Assembly (NCBI GenBank): GCA_950097015.1
Contig: CATNEN010000001.1
Location: 15,624,001-15,688,000 of the forward strand
From: Macrostomum hystrix
Taxonomy: Eukaryota > Animalia > Platyhelminthes
Length of the DNA stretch: 64,000 bases
Reading direction: 5' to 3'
The notes below the pieces were generated by a model, which was not told the origin of the DNA, did no database searches, and saw nothing but the letters and a program-made list of their open reading frames with translations. The position numbers and the translations under genes were made by a program. Shown here one piece after another: positions 24,801 through 38,200 of this stretch; positions within the stretch are counted from its first letter, which is position 1; every line of letters begins with the position of its first letter.

Positions 24801-26274
24801 CTTGGAGTTCACCTTGACCGCTCTCTGGCCTTCCGGAAGCAGGTGGACGAGGTCTGCCGCGCGATCGGCAAACGGTGCCGTATCCTGGCGTGTCTGTCTG
24901 CGAGGGCGTGGGGATGGCCTAAAGAGAGCCTCCTCCGGACCTTCAAGGCACTCCAGATGAGCGTGCTCCACTACGCTGCTCCGGCCTGGCAACCCTGGTT
25001 GGCCGACTCCGCGGTTGCGCGGCTGCAACGTGCGCAGAACAACGCGCTCCGCATTGTCACCGGACAGCTGCGTTCCACGCCTACTGAGGCCCTTCACCTC
25101 GAGGCAGGAATTTGTACCGTTGCCACCACCAGGGACCAGCTTTGCCTTGCCGCATACGAGAAAGCTCTGCGTCTGCCAGCTGACCACCCGCGGCGTATGG
25201 CTGCCGTGCCTGTCGTCGCGCATCGCACTGCTAGGGGAAGCTGGCGTAAAAGGGCCGTTGAACTGCTAGCCAAGCTCCCAGACGATTTGGATCATCGCGA
25301 GATGCTACCCCACCTGCCCAGTTGCCCGTGGGTGCCTCGAGCTGCGGGCCTCAACGTGACCTGCGATCTCGTCGGGGCGGTAGATGTCGACACATGCCAA
25401 GACGACATGTCGGGACGGCTCTGCGCTGAGGCGGCCATCCGCCGCTATGAGGCCGACCTGGTCATTTACACTGATGGGTCGGCCCTAGGCGGCTGCTCCG
25501 ACGGTGGCGCCTCGCCGTCGTCACCCGCGGTGACCCGGCTGCACCTGAGGTGCTGGACACCATCATGGCCAAGGGCAGTCGCATCACCTGCTCGTATGAT
25601 GAAGAGTGCCGCGCGCTCAGTTTGGCTACCACCTGGATCCGACGGCACGAAATTGCAGGACGTGTCGTCATCTGCAGTGACAGCAGATCTCTGCTGTCGG
25701 CCCTGGCTGGGAAAGGCCCAGCGCGCAGCGCCCTCCCGGATCTTCGCACTCCAGCGGCCGCTCTCATGCTTCAGTGGGTTCCGGGGCACTGCGGGCTGGC
25801 TGGTAACGAGCTAGCCGATGAGGCGGCCAAGCAGGCGGCTGCTGCTCCTGCCGACAACTCCAGCGCGCCAATTTCGATGTGGAGTGCGCTGGCGGCCGCC
25901 CGACGTCACATTGCAGACCCGCCCATCAGACATGCCCGGACAGCTGCCGTCTACGGCGCCCTGGACCGCCAGCGGGACAGGGCTGAGATTCGCACCCGTC
26001 AGGACGCGGTGCTCCTGGCCAGGCTGCGTTCGGGCCACTGTAGCCTTCTGCGGGCCTATAGCAGCGTTATCAACCCGCACGCCGACCCCACCTGCCTCCG
26101 TTGCGGTATGGCCCCGGAAGACGTGGAACACTGGCTTCAATGCCCGGCCCTCCGCAGGGAGAGACTGGCTACTTTCGACAGTGATGACCTCAATCTTAAT
26201 GTGCTGACGTCCGACCCCGCTAGGTCGGTGGCGCTGGCGAGACGGAGCTGGTAGCTCACTCGGCGCCTCTTGCC

Positions 26275-26290
26275 CCAACAACAACAACAA

Positions 26291-26366
<76 letters not shown>
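26275..26366. repeat. (CAA)n(CAG)n microsatellite between the two LINEs
   Basis: About 30 trinucleotide units. Similar tracts at 21538-21577 and 30088-30122. Confidence 0.97.
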
Positions 26367-29300
26367 GGGACCGGGCCGACCCGGTGCGTGAGTACCATCA
26401 TACCCACGCGGCAAGTGACTACCCACGCGGCAGCGATGGGCCGATGGACTGGGCCACAGTCACCATCATTCCAAAGGGCAAAGGCAAGTTTAACATCACC
26501 TCCGTGTACGCACCACGAAACAGATACCAGCGGCAACAAGACAACTGGGAGCCCGACTGGGACCTCATCCCGGTCACCACGCGCGGTGTCATCGGCGGCG
26601 ACTTTAACGGCCACGGTAGCTGGGACGAGCACCAACCGGACGACGACAGAGGAGATTGCATCGAACAGTGGGCGCTCCGACGCAGCCTACACCTCTGCAA
26701 CCTCTCGTCCGCCCACACGAGGACAAACCCGGCCACAGGAGGCAAGTCCAGTCCGGATCTAACTTGGTGCTCACCTAACCTCACCGCAGTCTGCCGTCCC
26801 AGCTGGCGGACAACCGAGTGTATCGGCAGCGACCACCTGCCCCTACTCTACGAGCTGACTAAGACATCTGCCAGTGGAAAACGGAATCGCCAGACGCGCT
26901 GGTGTTTCAAGAAAGCCGACTGGAAGGCGTACAAACAATCGCTCGACAACCGAGAGGCTAAGCTCAGGCCGAGCAAACCCGAGTCAGGTTCCAGCGTGGA
27001 CTTCGATCACCAAAGGCTCAGCGACAACATCCTGACTGCAGCCCTGGAGTGCATCCCCAGAGGAGCCCGCAGCACCCCCGGTAAGCCCTTCTGGACAGAA
27101 GCCTGCGACAAGGCCTGCAAGGAGAACGCGCAAGCCCGCAAACAAGCAGAAACAAGCAGGGAAAAAAGCGACCTAGAAGCGTACCAAGCGACCCGCGAGA
27201 ACGTCCGCAACACGATCCAGAGAGAGAAAGCCGCTTTCTGGAAAGAAAAGACAGCGTCGCTGAACATCAACTCTGACCTCTTCGCTATCATGCGGTCTCT
27301 GCGCGGCGACCCAGCACCACCCCCACCGAACGCGGCGCTCAAGATCCCGGCCGACCCGACCCGTGGCGGCTCGCCCAGAACCGCCACCAACGATAGAGAA
27401 AAGGCAGAAGCGTTCTGTAGTCTCTACGCCAGCATCTCACGGATCCCACGGGACCACGACGACCGCTCCATCAACCACCAGGCCTATAGAGCTATGCAAG
27501 CACCCTGCTGTAACAACAACGATCGTAAGGGGCTTTGCTCAGCCTTCTCTGCAGCGGAGCTAAAGAACGTCCTGACCGGGCTTAAGTCCGGCAAGAGCCC
27601 CGGCGACGATCAGGTTACGAACGAGATGCTGAAGCACCTCGCAAGCCCCACGGAGAAGAGACTGCACGATCTGGTGAACAAGTCGTGGCTGACCGGAAAA
27701 TGCCCGCACCAATGGCGGCGCGCCACAATAATTCCTATCCCGAAGCGCGGCAAGCCAGCGGAGGAACTCGGCAGTTACAGACCGGTCGCCCTCACCAGCT
27801 GTATCGCTAAGGTCGCGGAACGACTGGTCTACCACCGTCTCAGCTACTTCTTGGAGTCCAACGGCAAGATCAGTGGAGTGCAAGCCGGGTTCCGGAAGGG
27901 CAGATCATGCGAGGAGCAGATCGCCCGCATCTCACAACAAATCTTCGATGGCTTCGAAAGATCCCCAGCGATGCGATCTGTCCTTGGTCTCCTGGACTTC
28001 TCCCGCGCTTACGACAGGGTCTGGAAGAGAGCCCTCCTCCTGAAACTTAAAGAGGTCGGCACCCCACCCTGTGTCCTCAGGTGGATCAACAGCTTTCTGG
28101 CGGATAGAAGGGCCAAGGTCCGAGTAGGCACCAGCAACAGTAAGGAACGCACCTTCCGCGAGGGGCTCCCACAAGGCAGCGTCCTGGCCCCGCTGCTATG
28201 GCTGGTTTACATCAATGACCTACCAGACACCATCCACGCCGCTTCACCGGACACGAGTGTGAGCCTTTACGCCGACGACAGCGCGATACTCGCTACCAAG
28301 GAAAAACTTCAAGAATGCAAGAACATCCTGCAACCGGCTCTGGACGCCATCGCCGGGTGGTGTAAGAGATGGAAAGTCGAGCTCAGCACCGCGAAGTGCA
28401 GTTACAGCACCTTCACTTTATCCCCGGCCGAAAACAGAGGCAAGACAAGACTCGACCTCAACATCAACGGAGACCCACTGCGGTTCGAGGCGAACCCGAC
28501 CTTCCTAGGGGTCAAATTCGACGACCACCTCGGTTTCGGAGAGCATGCCAAGGATGTCAGACGGAAAATGGCAGCTAGACGCCGACCGATCCAGATGCTC
28601 GCAGACAGACAAACAGGCGCCGACCAGAAAACACTGCGCGCAGCCTACATCGCAACCTGCCGCTCCATTGCGGACTACGGCAGTGCCATTTGGTTAACGA
28701 GCGCAGCACCAAGCAACCGGGCACTTGTGGAGAGGCAGCAGAACGCGTGTGCACGCCTAATCACCGGCTGCGTGATGCCCTCTCGGACGGACAAACTGCT
28801 GGCCGTCGCCAACCTGCCGCCCCTCCACCACATCGCCGCGGAAAGAGCTAGCAACCTCCGCGAGAGGATGGCCAGACTACCGGCCGACATCCCAGCGCAC
28901 CAAGCAGCAACCGCGAACGAGCGACCAAGACTCAAAAACCGGACCTACGAAGCCGCAATGAAGAACCGGGCCAACGACGGCCAGCGCGGGGAACGCATCC
29001 CGGACGCGCTCTCGGATGCCAACCGCCCGTACCGCGCCTGCTGGCGCCGCATCGCGCAAGAGCTGGAATGCAGCACCACGCTTGAGGCCCACCCAAGAGC
29101 ACCAACGGCAATCGGCCCAGCACCGTGGACCATCAGCAGAAGCCTAGAAGTCCGCTTCGACACATCGGCCGCCAAAGAAGCAACCCGACAAATGCCAGCA
29201 GAACTTCGCGCCGCCCTCGCCGAACCAACCGTGTCCCGTCTCACGGAGCACGTCATCTGGACCGACGGCTCGGTACAGGACGGTTGCAGAAACGGCGGGG

Positions 29301-30088
29301 GAGCAGCAGTCGCACAATGGCTTCCACCAGAGGCAGCCCGCATGTCTGCGGCGGGCGCCCTATGCAGCAGCTTCACGGCCGAACTCACCGCTATCCGAGA
29401 GGGCCTCCGCCTCTGCAACACCGCGGCAGACAGACCCCCGGACATCACCATCGCCACCGACAGCCTGAGCGCCATCACGACCCTGAGCGCCGGGCCACTT
29501 AGGCAGAGGGACTCAGTAGCAGCCGACTGCTGGCAGCTCATTCTGGACCTGATCGAGCTAGGCACCAAGATTGGCTTCTGCTGGGTTCCGGCCCACTGCG
29601 GTATTACCGGCAACGAGGCCGCCGATCAGGCGGCGGCCAGGGCGGCAAAACTAGACCAAAGTCAGGTCCCGATCCAGTTGGACGCCGCCAGAGCAGCCAC
29701 CCGACGCTGCCGGCGCGCCCTGGATATCATAGCAGTCGGCCCTTTCTGGAGCCCGCCCCAGGGTCTGCCGCGGAAGCAACAGGTCCTGGTCAACCAACTT
29801 CGCGCGGGCGCCAGCATGGTCGATAGAAAGACCCGCTACCGTCTCGGTGTCGACGCGTCCCCGCTGTGTCCCGATTGCGGCGAGGTGGACAGTGTCGACC
29901 ACGTCGTCCTCCACTGTCCAAGAGGCGACCGCCACCGAGCCCTACGCGGAATCCCGGCCGAGAACTTGATGGAGAACCCGGCCGCGGTCGTCGAGCTCCT
30001 GCGCAGTATGGGGCGCCTCTAGCGCCCCCGCCCTTATCGGTACTCCGGATCGGGTGCGCCCTGGAAACGAAAGAAAAAAAGAAAAAAG
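26367..30088 (+). mobile_element. Second, divergent I-group/Ingi-like LINE, 5'-truncated within APE, ORF otherwise intact
   Basis: SVYAP, GDFNGH, SDHLPL, GLPQGS, YADD, WTDGS, ATDS, WVPAH..GNEAAD, CPDC..HVVLHC; stop at 30022; short 3'UTR and A-rich tail. Confidence 0.93.
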
Positions 30089-30506
30089 CAGCAGCAGCAA
30101 CAGCCGCAGCAGCAGCAGCAGCGGAATAATTAAATTCAATTTGTTTGTGGAATTAACTTGATATGATTTCTTGCTTTTTTTATTTGTGTTTGAGAATTTA
30201 AAGAATTCTAAATAAATAAAATAAATAATTCTGTTTACTGGATAAATAAGTGTTTCGTGTTGCTTTTTCTTACTCCTAAATGAAAATAAGAAACTTAACT
30301 GACACAGCTCATTGCTATGATCAATTTAGAACCTAAAATGAAGTTTTGGAGCTTAATTGAAAGTTTTTAACTAAACAAACATCCACATGAAAGTATGCAA
30401 AATAACATATTATAAATAAGGGAATTCAATGACAACTGATGAGTTTAATAATTGCTTTGTGAATACTTACTTACAAAGACAGTAGAGATGATGAATTCGC
30501 AGATTG

Positions 30507-30805
30507 CTCCGCCAACAAGACAGTATCATTGCACAGTTCATTGCATTTGACTGCAAGAATTGCATTCTCTGAATTTAGCATTGGGATCTAAAAGATTCTC
30601 TGAATTTAGCATTGGGATCTAAGAGATTCTGTGAATTTAGGATTGGGATCTGTTATGCTCAGTTCTGTTATGCCACAAACACAATTTAGCTAAGCAACGA
30701 TCTTAGTTCTGTTATGCAATGAACCCAATTTAGCTAATGATTTTGCCTAGGTAATCCCTGATCCCAATTCCATTATGATCGCATCTAATTTGAATTTATT
30801 AGTGT
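30507..30805. repeat. Internally deleted copy of 17087-18920
   Basis: 54-bp match to 17087-17140, three 31-bp satellite units, then a match to ~18730-18920. Confidence 0.85.
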
Positions 30806-32307
30806 TCAGTTCAGCAAGTTTTGCCCCCCTTCGGGGACTTCCCGGTCCGCAACAACCACGCCAGCTACCGAATTTTTAATATTGCCTGTGCCACATCTAC
30901 AACTTAACAATTTCTGTAAAGCGACCTTAGTTAAGCGTGTGCCATTGCTTTTCGGTGACCTTGTAGGCTGGGCTTCGACGCTGGGGGTGATTAAAAAACC
31001 CGGGAATGTAAAATACGGTTGCTGGAACGGTAGATGTTATTTTGTAACGTGACAGTGAAAAGGAGATGTGTGCCAATTATAAATTCTTGAACTTGGGACC
31101 AAAATACAACAAATAGGTAAAAAAAGTGGCAGCTGTTTGGCTTTCAGGCTTTTTTGTTCAGTGTGAAAGGTAAAAATATAGATTTTTTAAACAAAAATCG
31201 GTTGCTGCAATTTACTCAGTGTGGCACAGTTGTGCCAACTCGAAAATATTGACCTAAACGAAGGTATCCATGTGTGCCATACTTCAGAATACATTTACCC
31301 ACAACATTTCACACCTTTTTGGCAATTTTGTTGTGAGCAGACAATCGGAGCATAATAGCACAAATATTTTCGTTGCATGATCAAGCTCTTGTACGATTAT
31401 AGCGAGCAAGACTAATGCACATAAAATAAATAGTGCGAATAATAAAATACCTTACCATTTGGTTAGCAGCATAAAGCCTTTTTATACTGGTGTTTGTTTA
31501 CTTCGATAGAAAAGAATAAATTCAAAATTCAAGACGTTGACCACCCGAGCTACTTTAAACTGCGCAAAGCAAATAAAATAATAGGAATCTCGAATATTGC
31601 CTTCCTCCTATGGGCTTATATATATTTTTGGAGGAATCTCGAACATTGCCTTCCTCCTATGGGCTTGTATATATTTTTGTATATATACTTATATTTATAT
31701 TTGTATATTTTGTATATATATATATATATATGTACTCTATAATTTAGTAAAGGTGGTGTTCTAATTTGTCGAAATATTACAGATCCTATACTAGCTATAA
31801 GCCTTGCAATGCCTTAGTTGCCTAGTTGAGGGTGAAGATGCATTTTTACAATGTATGTAGTATTTATAATATAATGCATGCTCCACGAAGTTAATGGTCC
31901 TTCTAAATATAGCTTTTTTCTATGGCCTTCTCTAAGCTGATTTTATAATAGGCCTTTTCCTATAGAAAGGATACTATACTATAAAAAACCTCTGCTAAGT
32001 TGTTTGCTTACCCAAAAGAAAGCAAAAGTTGTTTGCTAAAGAAAAGTAGGCTAATAAATGGATGCATAATTGTGAATATACAAAGATCCATCACCATGTT
32101 AATAATGATAGGCATAAAGGTAAATCTTGAAAGTCTAGTCTATTAATGTAAAAGGATTTATTTTGTCTATAATTAACCAAGGTGTTCTTTTGTCACATTG
32201 GTTTTTGGGGGTAAACTTTGAAGAAAAGTATACTGGTAGCAATCTTACTAAATATATTTAGCAGGAATCAAAATGTTGCACTGCAAATGATATTTTGGAT
32301 TTGATAC

Positions 32308-33238
32308 TTCGATCCAGCTTGTAACAACTCGATCCAACCTCAATCCAACTTCGATCCAACTTCTAACAACTCGATCCAACCTCAATGCAACCTCGATCCA
32401 ACTTTAATCCAACTTCTAACAACTCGATCCAACCTCAATCCAACTTCTAACAACTCGATCCAACCTCAATGCAACCTCGATCGAACTTTGATCCAGCTTG
32501 TAACAACTCGATCCAACCTCAATCCAACCTCGATCCAACTTTAATCCAACTTCTAACAACTCGATCCAACCTCAATGCAACCTCGATCCAACTTTGATCC
32601 AACTTCTAACAACTAGATCCAACCTCAATCCAACATTGATCCAACTTTGATCCAGCTTGTAACAACTCGATCCAACCTCAATCCAACCTCGATCCAACTT
32701 TAATCCAACTTCTAACAACTCGATCCAACCTCAATCCAACATTGATCCAACTTTGATCCAGCTTGTAACAACTCGATCCAACCTCAATGCAACCTCGATC
32801 GAACTTTGATCCAGCTTGTAACAACTCGATCCAACCTCAATCCAACCTCGATCCAACTTTAATCCAACTTCTAACAACTCGATCCAACCTCAATGCAACC
32901 TCGATCCAACTTTGATCCAACTTCTAACAACTAGATCCAACCTCAATCCAACATTGATCCAACTTTGATCCAGCTTGTAACAACTCGATCCAACCTCAAT
33001 CCAACCTCGATCCAACTTTAATCCAACTTCTAACAACTCGATCCAACCTCAATGCAACCTCGATCCAACTTTGATCCAACTTCTAACAACTAGATCCAAC
33101 CTCAATCCAACATTGATCCAACTTTGATCCAGCTTGTAACAACTCGATCCAACCTCAATCCAACCTCGATCCATCCTCAATCCAACTTCTAACAACTCGA
33201 TCCAACCTCAATGCAACCTCGATCCAACTTCGATCGAA
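32308..33238 (+). repeat. Tandem array inside left TIR (~10-11-bp subunits with higher-order structure)
   Basis: GATCCAACCTC/AATCCAACTT(T)/CTAACAACTC units. Confidence 0.95.
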
Positions 33239-33338
33239 GTATATTGATTATCGAATATGATGAAGCATAGCGAAGTGTTATCATATATCCGCCAGTTCTT
33301 GTCTTCAGTTTCGTTTATTTCTTTTCACACTTTTTCAG

Positions 33339-34313
33339 GAGAAGCTGCTGAAGAGTTCCTGCGACGCAGACCTTCCGGATCCCGGGCCTGTTTTACCCTG
33401 TCCTACGCTGCCGTCTATTGTTGTCTTCTCTCTGTCTGACGGCCAAGCAATTGACACTGTTTGTCAACGTCTCTGTGCGTGTACTCGAGCTTTTAGTGCC
33501 CTGAAGATTCGAGTTCGCGAAGGTTTCCGTCGATGCGGTCACGATCAAGTTGCTGTCGTACAGCTGGTCGCTGATTCGACTAAAGCAGCCTTCCTACACA
33601 GTGTTTACGGCAGCGGTGGAAAGTGCCAGGCGGAGCATAGAAGAAACGGAGCTATTTGGTTGCAAGCAGCAGTTCATCCAACAGTTCTAAGTCCGACTGA
33701 AAATGCTTCTTTCTCTTCGCGCCGTCAGCCTGCAATTTGGCGCTTGCCTTCAAGTCGGCCGGTACAGCGTTTGCGTCAACAGGTACTGCACGATATTCGG
33801 CAGTTGATTGCTGTCGCCGACATCACTGCGCTCCGAACACTATCTGCTTTTATTCGCTGCTTGTCTAGCATGCAGCGAATGCCTCAAAGGCGGCGACGAC
33901 GAACACAGAACGGAAACCAACTGTATGCGGACGAGCGGCAGCAGGAAGAGGAAGAGAGGAAGAAGCAGCAGCAGGAAGAGGAAGAGAGGAAGAAGCAGCA
34001 GGAAGAGGAAGAGAGGAAGAAGCAGCAGCAGGAAGAGGAAGAGAGGAAGAAGCAGCAGGAAGAGGAAGAGAGGAAGAAGCAGCAGCAGGAAGAGGAAGAG
34101 AGGAAGAAGCAGCAGCAGGAAGAGGAAGAGAGGAAGAAGCAGCAGCAGCAGGAAGAGGAAGAGAGGAAGCAGCAGCAGGAAGAGGAAGAGAGGAAGAAGC
34201 AGCTGGTTACAAAGACGAGAAAGCGAAATATGGAGATACTCAGTCGGACAGATCCCTTAGCTCCAAAACGAGCATTGCGGCAGCGTCTGCAGTTGGTCAA
34301 GAATAATCGGTAA
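33339..34313 (+). CDS. Second gene of the Foldback element; unknown protein with (QQQEEEERKK)n charged helix
   Basis: Frame open from the acceptor TTTTCAG|GAG at 33339 to the stop at 34313 (~324 aa). About 8 charged repeats at 33938-34202. Start codon not identified. Confidence 0.55.
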   Translation, partial: EKLLKSSCDADLPDPGPVLPCPTLPSIVVFSLSDGQAIDTVCQRLCACTRAFSALKIRVREGFRRCGHDQVAVVQLVADSTKAAFLHSVYGSGGKCQAEHRRNGAIWLQAAVHPTVLSPTENASFSSRRQPAIWRLPSSRPVQRLRQQVLHDIRQLIAVADITALRTLSAFIRCLSSMQRMPQRRRRRTQNGNQLYADERQQEEEERKKQQQEEEERKKQQEEEERKKQQQEEEERKKQQEEEERKKQQQEEEERKKQQQEEEERKKQQQQEEEERKQQQEEEERKKQLVTKTRKRNMEILSRTDPLAPKRALRQRLQLVKNNR

Positions 34314-35243
34314 TAAAATCATATGGTAATGTGCTTAAAAAGGTATGCTAGTACATTTTTACGTCTCCGTTGCAGGCATCTTAGTAACCCTGAAGTCGTA
34401 TTTTTCTGACAAAAACGTATCCTACATTTATTTGTCTAGTTTCAAATCAAGTAATGATGTTTATAAACTTGTCTTCCTACAGTAGTTTATAGTCACTAAC
34501 TATGTATAGATAAGCTCTATGTACTTCAGACAAAAGTGTGACAAAAGTCTTGAGGTCCCCAATTGTCTGTGCCTCTATACAGATACAAAATATGTATCTA
34601 TTTACCCTTCCTATATACCCTGATACTTAAAATGCACGTCCCTGCTTTCGTTCATTTAATATATACTTTTTGCGAGTTTTTCGACGTTAATTCTATTTTA
34701 CAAGGACTGATGAACTTTGTTTGACTAAGCTTGAAAACCTGGTTCAGTTGTTCGCTTTACGTACGGTTCTAGTGTAGTAATTTTTCGCAGTAGCTAATTA
34801 CGCAATGTTACGCAATAATACATGTTGTACTTTGAATGTACTTCTTATTAGACAGCTGTCACCTTCACGAAAAAGAAAAATAAATTTATTTGGTGAATGT
34901 GCACGTTCGGGTGCCTCAATGAAAAAAAGACTGAACAAATTGTGATTTCAGTACATTTCAATCAACTTTTACTCTGTGCTTTTCACTAACAAAAGGTGGT
35001 AAATGCTATTGATTCAATAAAAAGAAACTGGCAGTAAATACAGCACGTACACTTGTGCCTTGACACACGTAGCTAACTGTACAACAACTTTTGGAGAAAA
35101 CGGCTGCCTATAAACAAGAAGAGAGGTTGGATGGAGTCGTTACAAGCTGGATCAAAGTTGGATTGAAGTTGTTTCACGTTACATTGAGTTGTTAGAAGCT
35201 GGATCGAAGTTAATATATTCAGAATCGGTCTCAAATTGTATCG

Positions 35244-38200
35244 CTACTGGCCTGATGTTTCCTCCGAGTTAGTAATCGTGTAAATGTACAGGTTAGCCCT
35301 GTTTCCCAGAGGTGGCTGGCGTCCACGCTCTACAGCGGCGGTCATGACACCCTTGCTTCTTGCCAAGTCGTCGTATTTAATAGTTCCTGAGGCGTACCAG
35401 ATGCGGGACAAATAGTGCCCCCCTTCCTTGAAAGTTGTAGCACGATGTTGATATCTGAAGATTGTGAATTTGCCGTTACAGCATAGAAGTAAAGTTAGCA
35501 ATGCTTATGTATTAGTGCATGCAAGACAGCGATATGTAGAGCCTTTAAAAATGAACTAAGAATACTACGTTTCTCTCTTACTGAATACTGCAGTCCGAAA
35601 AGGGGCGAACCACTTGAGAAGGGGCAGCTCGGCTGGCGCCCAATGGATCAGAGTCTGTGGAGGAGATGACTAGAACCGGCGGAGGGCTGAACTGAAACTT
35701 CGGAGCCTGACTTCGACGCACGTGATCGCAGACTGAGCACGGCCCATAGGACTCAGAAGAAAGAAAATCTCGCAGATAATCCTCGACTGTGCCTCCAGCT
35801 GCACAGTTACTTCCAATAGTGATTGCGTGTCCATAGGAAAGTTGCTCTGGATTTGGGCAACGCGGGTTGAGGCACCGGCTTTGATACACTAGTCTGTGCT
35901 TTGAACCAAGGAGCTTCATACATACGTCAAGCTCACTGCCGAAGAGGCCAATTTCGATTTTCTGATTTGTCCTGATGAAACGTTCACTGCTGAATGCGTC
36001 GAGTTGAAGAAGAAGCTTTGCTCGTGCATGCAAAGCTTGCTTCTCGGTGGTGGACTGCGATGCTTCGTTCAGAAAAACTACCAATGGATCCTCAACAATA
36101 TGTTGGAGACTTGCTTTGAATCCAGGTTCATCCAGATAGGCTATGGTTAAGGCCGTGAGCAAGTTGTCTGCTGTGCAAGCGTTGTACACGTATACGCTCA
36201 TAGATCCGCCTCGAGAATCTGGCACACCAGTAGCCAAACCGGAGCTCCTCAACGTGGCAAATTCCAATGCCTGTCGAGGTGGTCTTCCCTCTAAAGGATA
36301 GGTCCTGGAAGTCTACAAGAGAGAAATGGAACAGGAACACAAAGTTATCACCGTCTGTTAAATGGCCACCAACTGACGAAACAATAAGCACTGTCCTACG
36401 TAGACCATTGTACTTATGGTGTACGTTATGTCCGTTGCAATAAATGAAATAAATGAAATGTAAAATACATTAATAATAAAGAGTAATATAAAATACAAGA
36501 AAATAAATACGTAATGCAATAAATAATGAACAATCCACTACTTGCCGACGGTACATAAGCCGGTAGACGACGCTTTTTGTTTACTACAGGTTGCAGCGGG
36601 ACATCTGCAGGCCGAGCCTGTTGAGAGTTGACCATTGGACAAAAGATGTCAGACTTTCGTTTCCGGGTTTTATTCGACAATGGCACCGTTGGCGCACCTT
36701 GCTGTGGCTGCGACTCTGACGCTGGTGACGAATGCTGCTCTGGCTGCGACTCTGACGCTGGTGGCGAATGCTGCTCTGGCTGCGACTCTGACGCTGGTGG
36801 CGAATGCTGCTCTCGCTGCGACTCTGACGCTGGTGGCGAATGCTGTGGTGGCTGCAGCTCTTCTTCAATATCATCTTCTTCCAAAGAAGTCACACCTGTT
36901 ACACGGTACATGTCTCTCTTGAACAGAATTTCGTTCCCATTGTGATGAGAATGGAGCGCCTGGATGAACTCAGAGAGACTGACTTGTTTACTCTCAAAGA
37001 CACTGTTCTTCATAAGGCCAATCCAGCGCTCCGTGTGCCCCTCCGTAAATCGTGAACTGCTGGGCATAATGCCGCAGATAAGAGGGAGATACGGAGTGAA
37101 TGTATTGGTTATGCGTTCAGCCAAAGCCGGACATACATAGGCGTTCAGACTATCAGTAGACTCGTCAAACGGCAGTGCACTCACTTCCAGTTGAACTTCT
37201 TGCCGGATTTGTTCAGCCCGCTGCCAGAATGGGGACCGGCGCATTATGGTTCCGTCTGCATTGACTTCTATTTGTGAAGATTCGTTCGTCTCTTGATCCA
37301 GAGTCTCGAACTCGGCACGGACGCTCTCCATGTTGCTCATTACTCTTAGAAATTTTTTCGGACAACATCCTAGATGCCGATCCATTCTTTCAACTACGGC
37401 TTCCGTAGGAGCCATGAGCACAAGGTAGATGGCTCTCAACAGCCTGTCAGCTGTTTGAATGCTGTCGATCGCTACCATGCACACCATAGACCGCAGCCAG
37501 AACTGTTTGACTGCCCTGTTACTGCAATTGGTTACTTCCTTCAAGCGAGTCATCTCCTTGACTAGATGACTTCGGCCAAGACCGATGACAGGAAGGGGAT
37601 CCCAATCGCTGTCCTTAGTCAAGTGATGAAAGCATTCTTTGATGTAGAGCGACAGCGATAGACCATGAAAGCAGCCGATGAGTCCGTGTAAAGTGGCAAA
37701 ATTGAAGTCTGTAACCACCTGCGAAACGCGAACTGTTGACAAAAATGTCGTACATTCTCTAAACCAAACGTCCAGGCAAAAGCGCAGGGTGATTCCTGTC
37801 TGAGATGTCGATAGAATCTCCAACAATGGCATCACTTTCCCACCAACGGTAGGGTTCTGAAGCACCAGAGCGTGATAGTAGATGGGCTTGGTGCAACTGC
37901 TGGGGCGCTGATGGATTGGAGCAGCAGTTGAATCCATTCCCATACGTATGGGCCAGCCCCTCAGCTGCATCTCCCGTAGACTCTGAAAGGGACGGGAATG
38001 GAATAGAATGATGGTCTCGGCCCGACCCTCACTCTGGATAACCTTTCTGATATACGCGGGTTGTAGGACCCTCTCAAGTCGGCGCAGTTCTATCAGGTCA
38101 TCCATGTCTGGAACTCCCAGCTCAGCTCTGCGCAGTCGCTCAGCTGCAATGCGTAGGGCCTCTGACGAAGGCACCTCACTGAGGGGTTCGTTGGCGGCAA

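Larger units (their letters stand above)
21591..26297 (+). mobile_element. Near full-length non-LTR retrotransposon (I-group, Ingi-like): 2A-PHDx3-APE-RT-RNaseH-CCHC
   Basis: A single ORF from ATG 21683 to 26254 is restored by three 1-bp corrections (~21855, ~24500, ~25510). Motifs QWNADG, QETKL, GDFNAH, SDHLPI, GLPQGS, YADD, YTDGS, WVPGH..GNELAD, CLRC..HWLQC. Ends in a (CAA)n tail. Confidence 0.92.

Noticed and set aside
26270-26366. PolyQ N-terminus on the 1250-aa ORF
   Set aside because: It is the tail/target microsatellite that happens to be in frame with a 5'-truncated LINE; the start is TTG.
31494-31742. 82-aa ORF duplicated at 40447-40695
   Set aside because: AT-rich, TTG start, low complexity; the duplication only reflects the TIRs.
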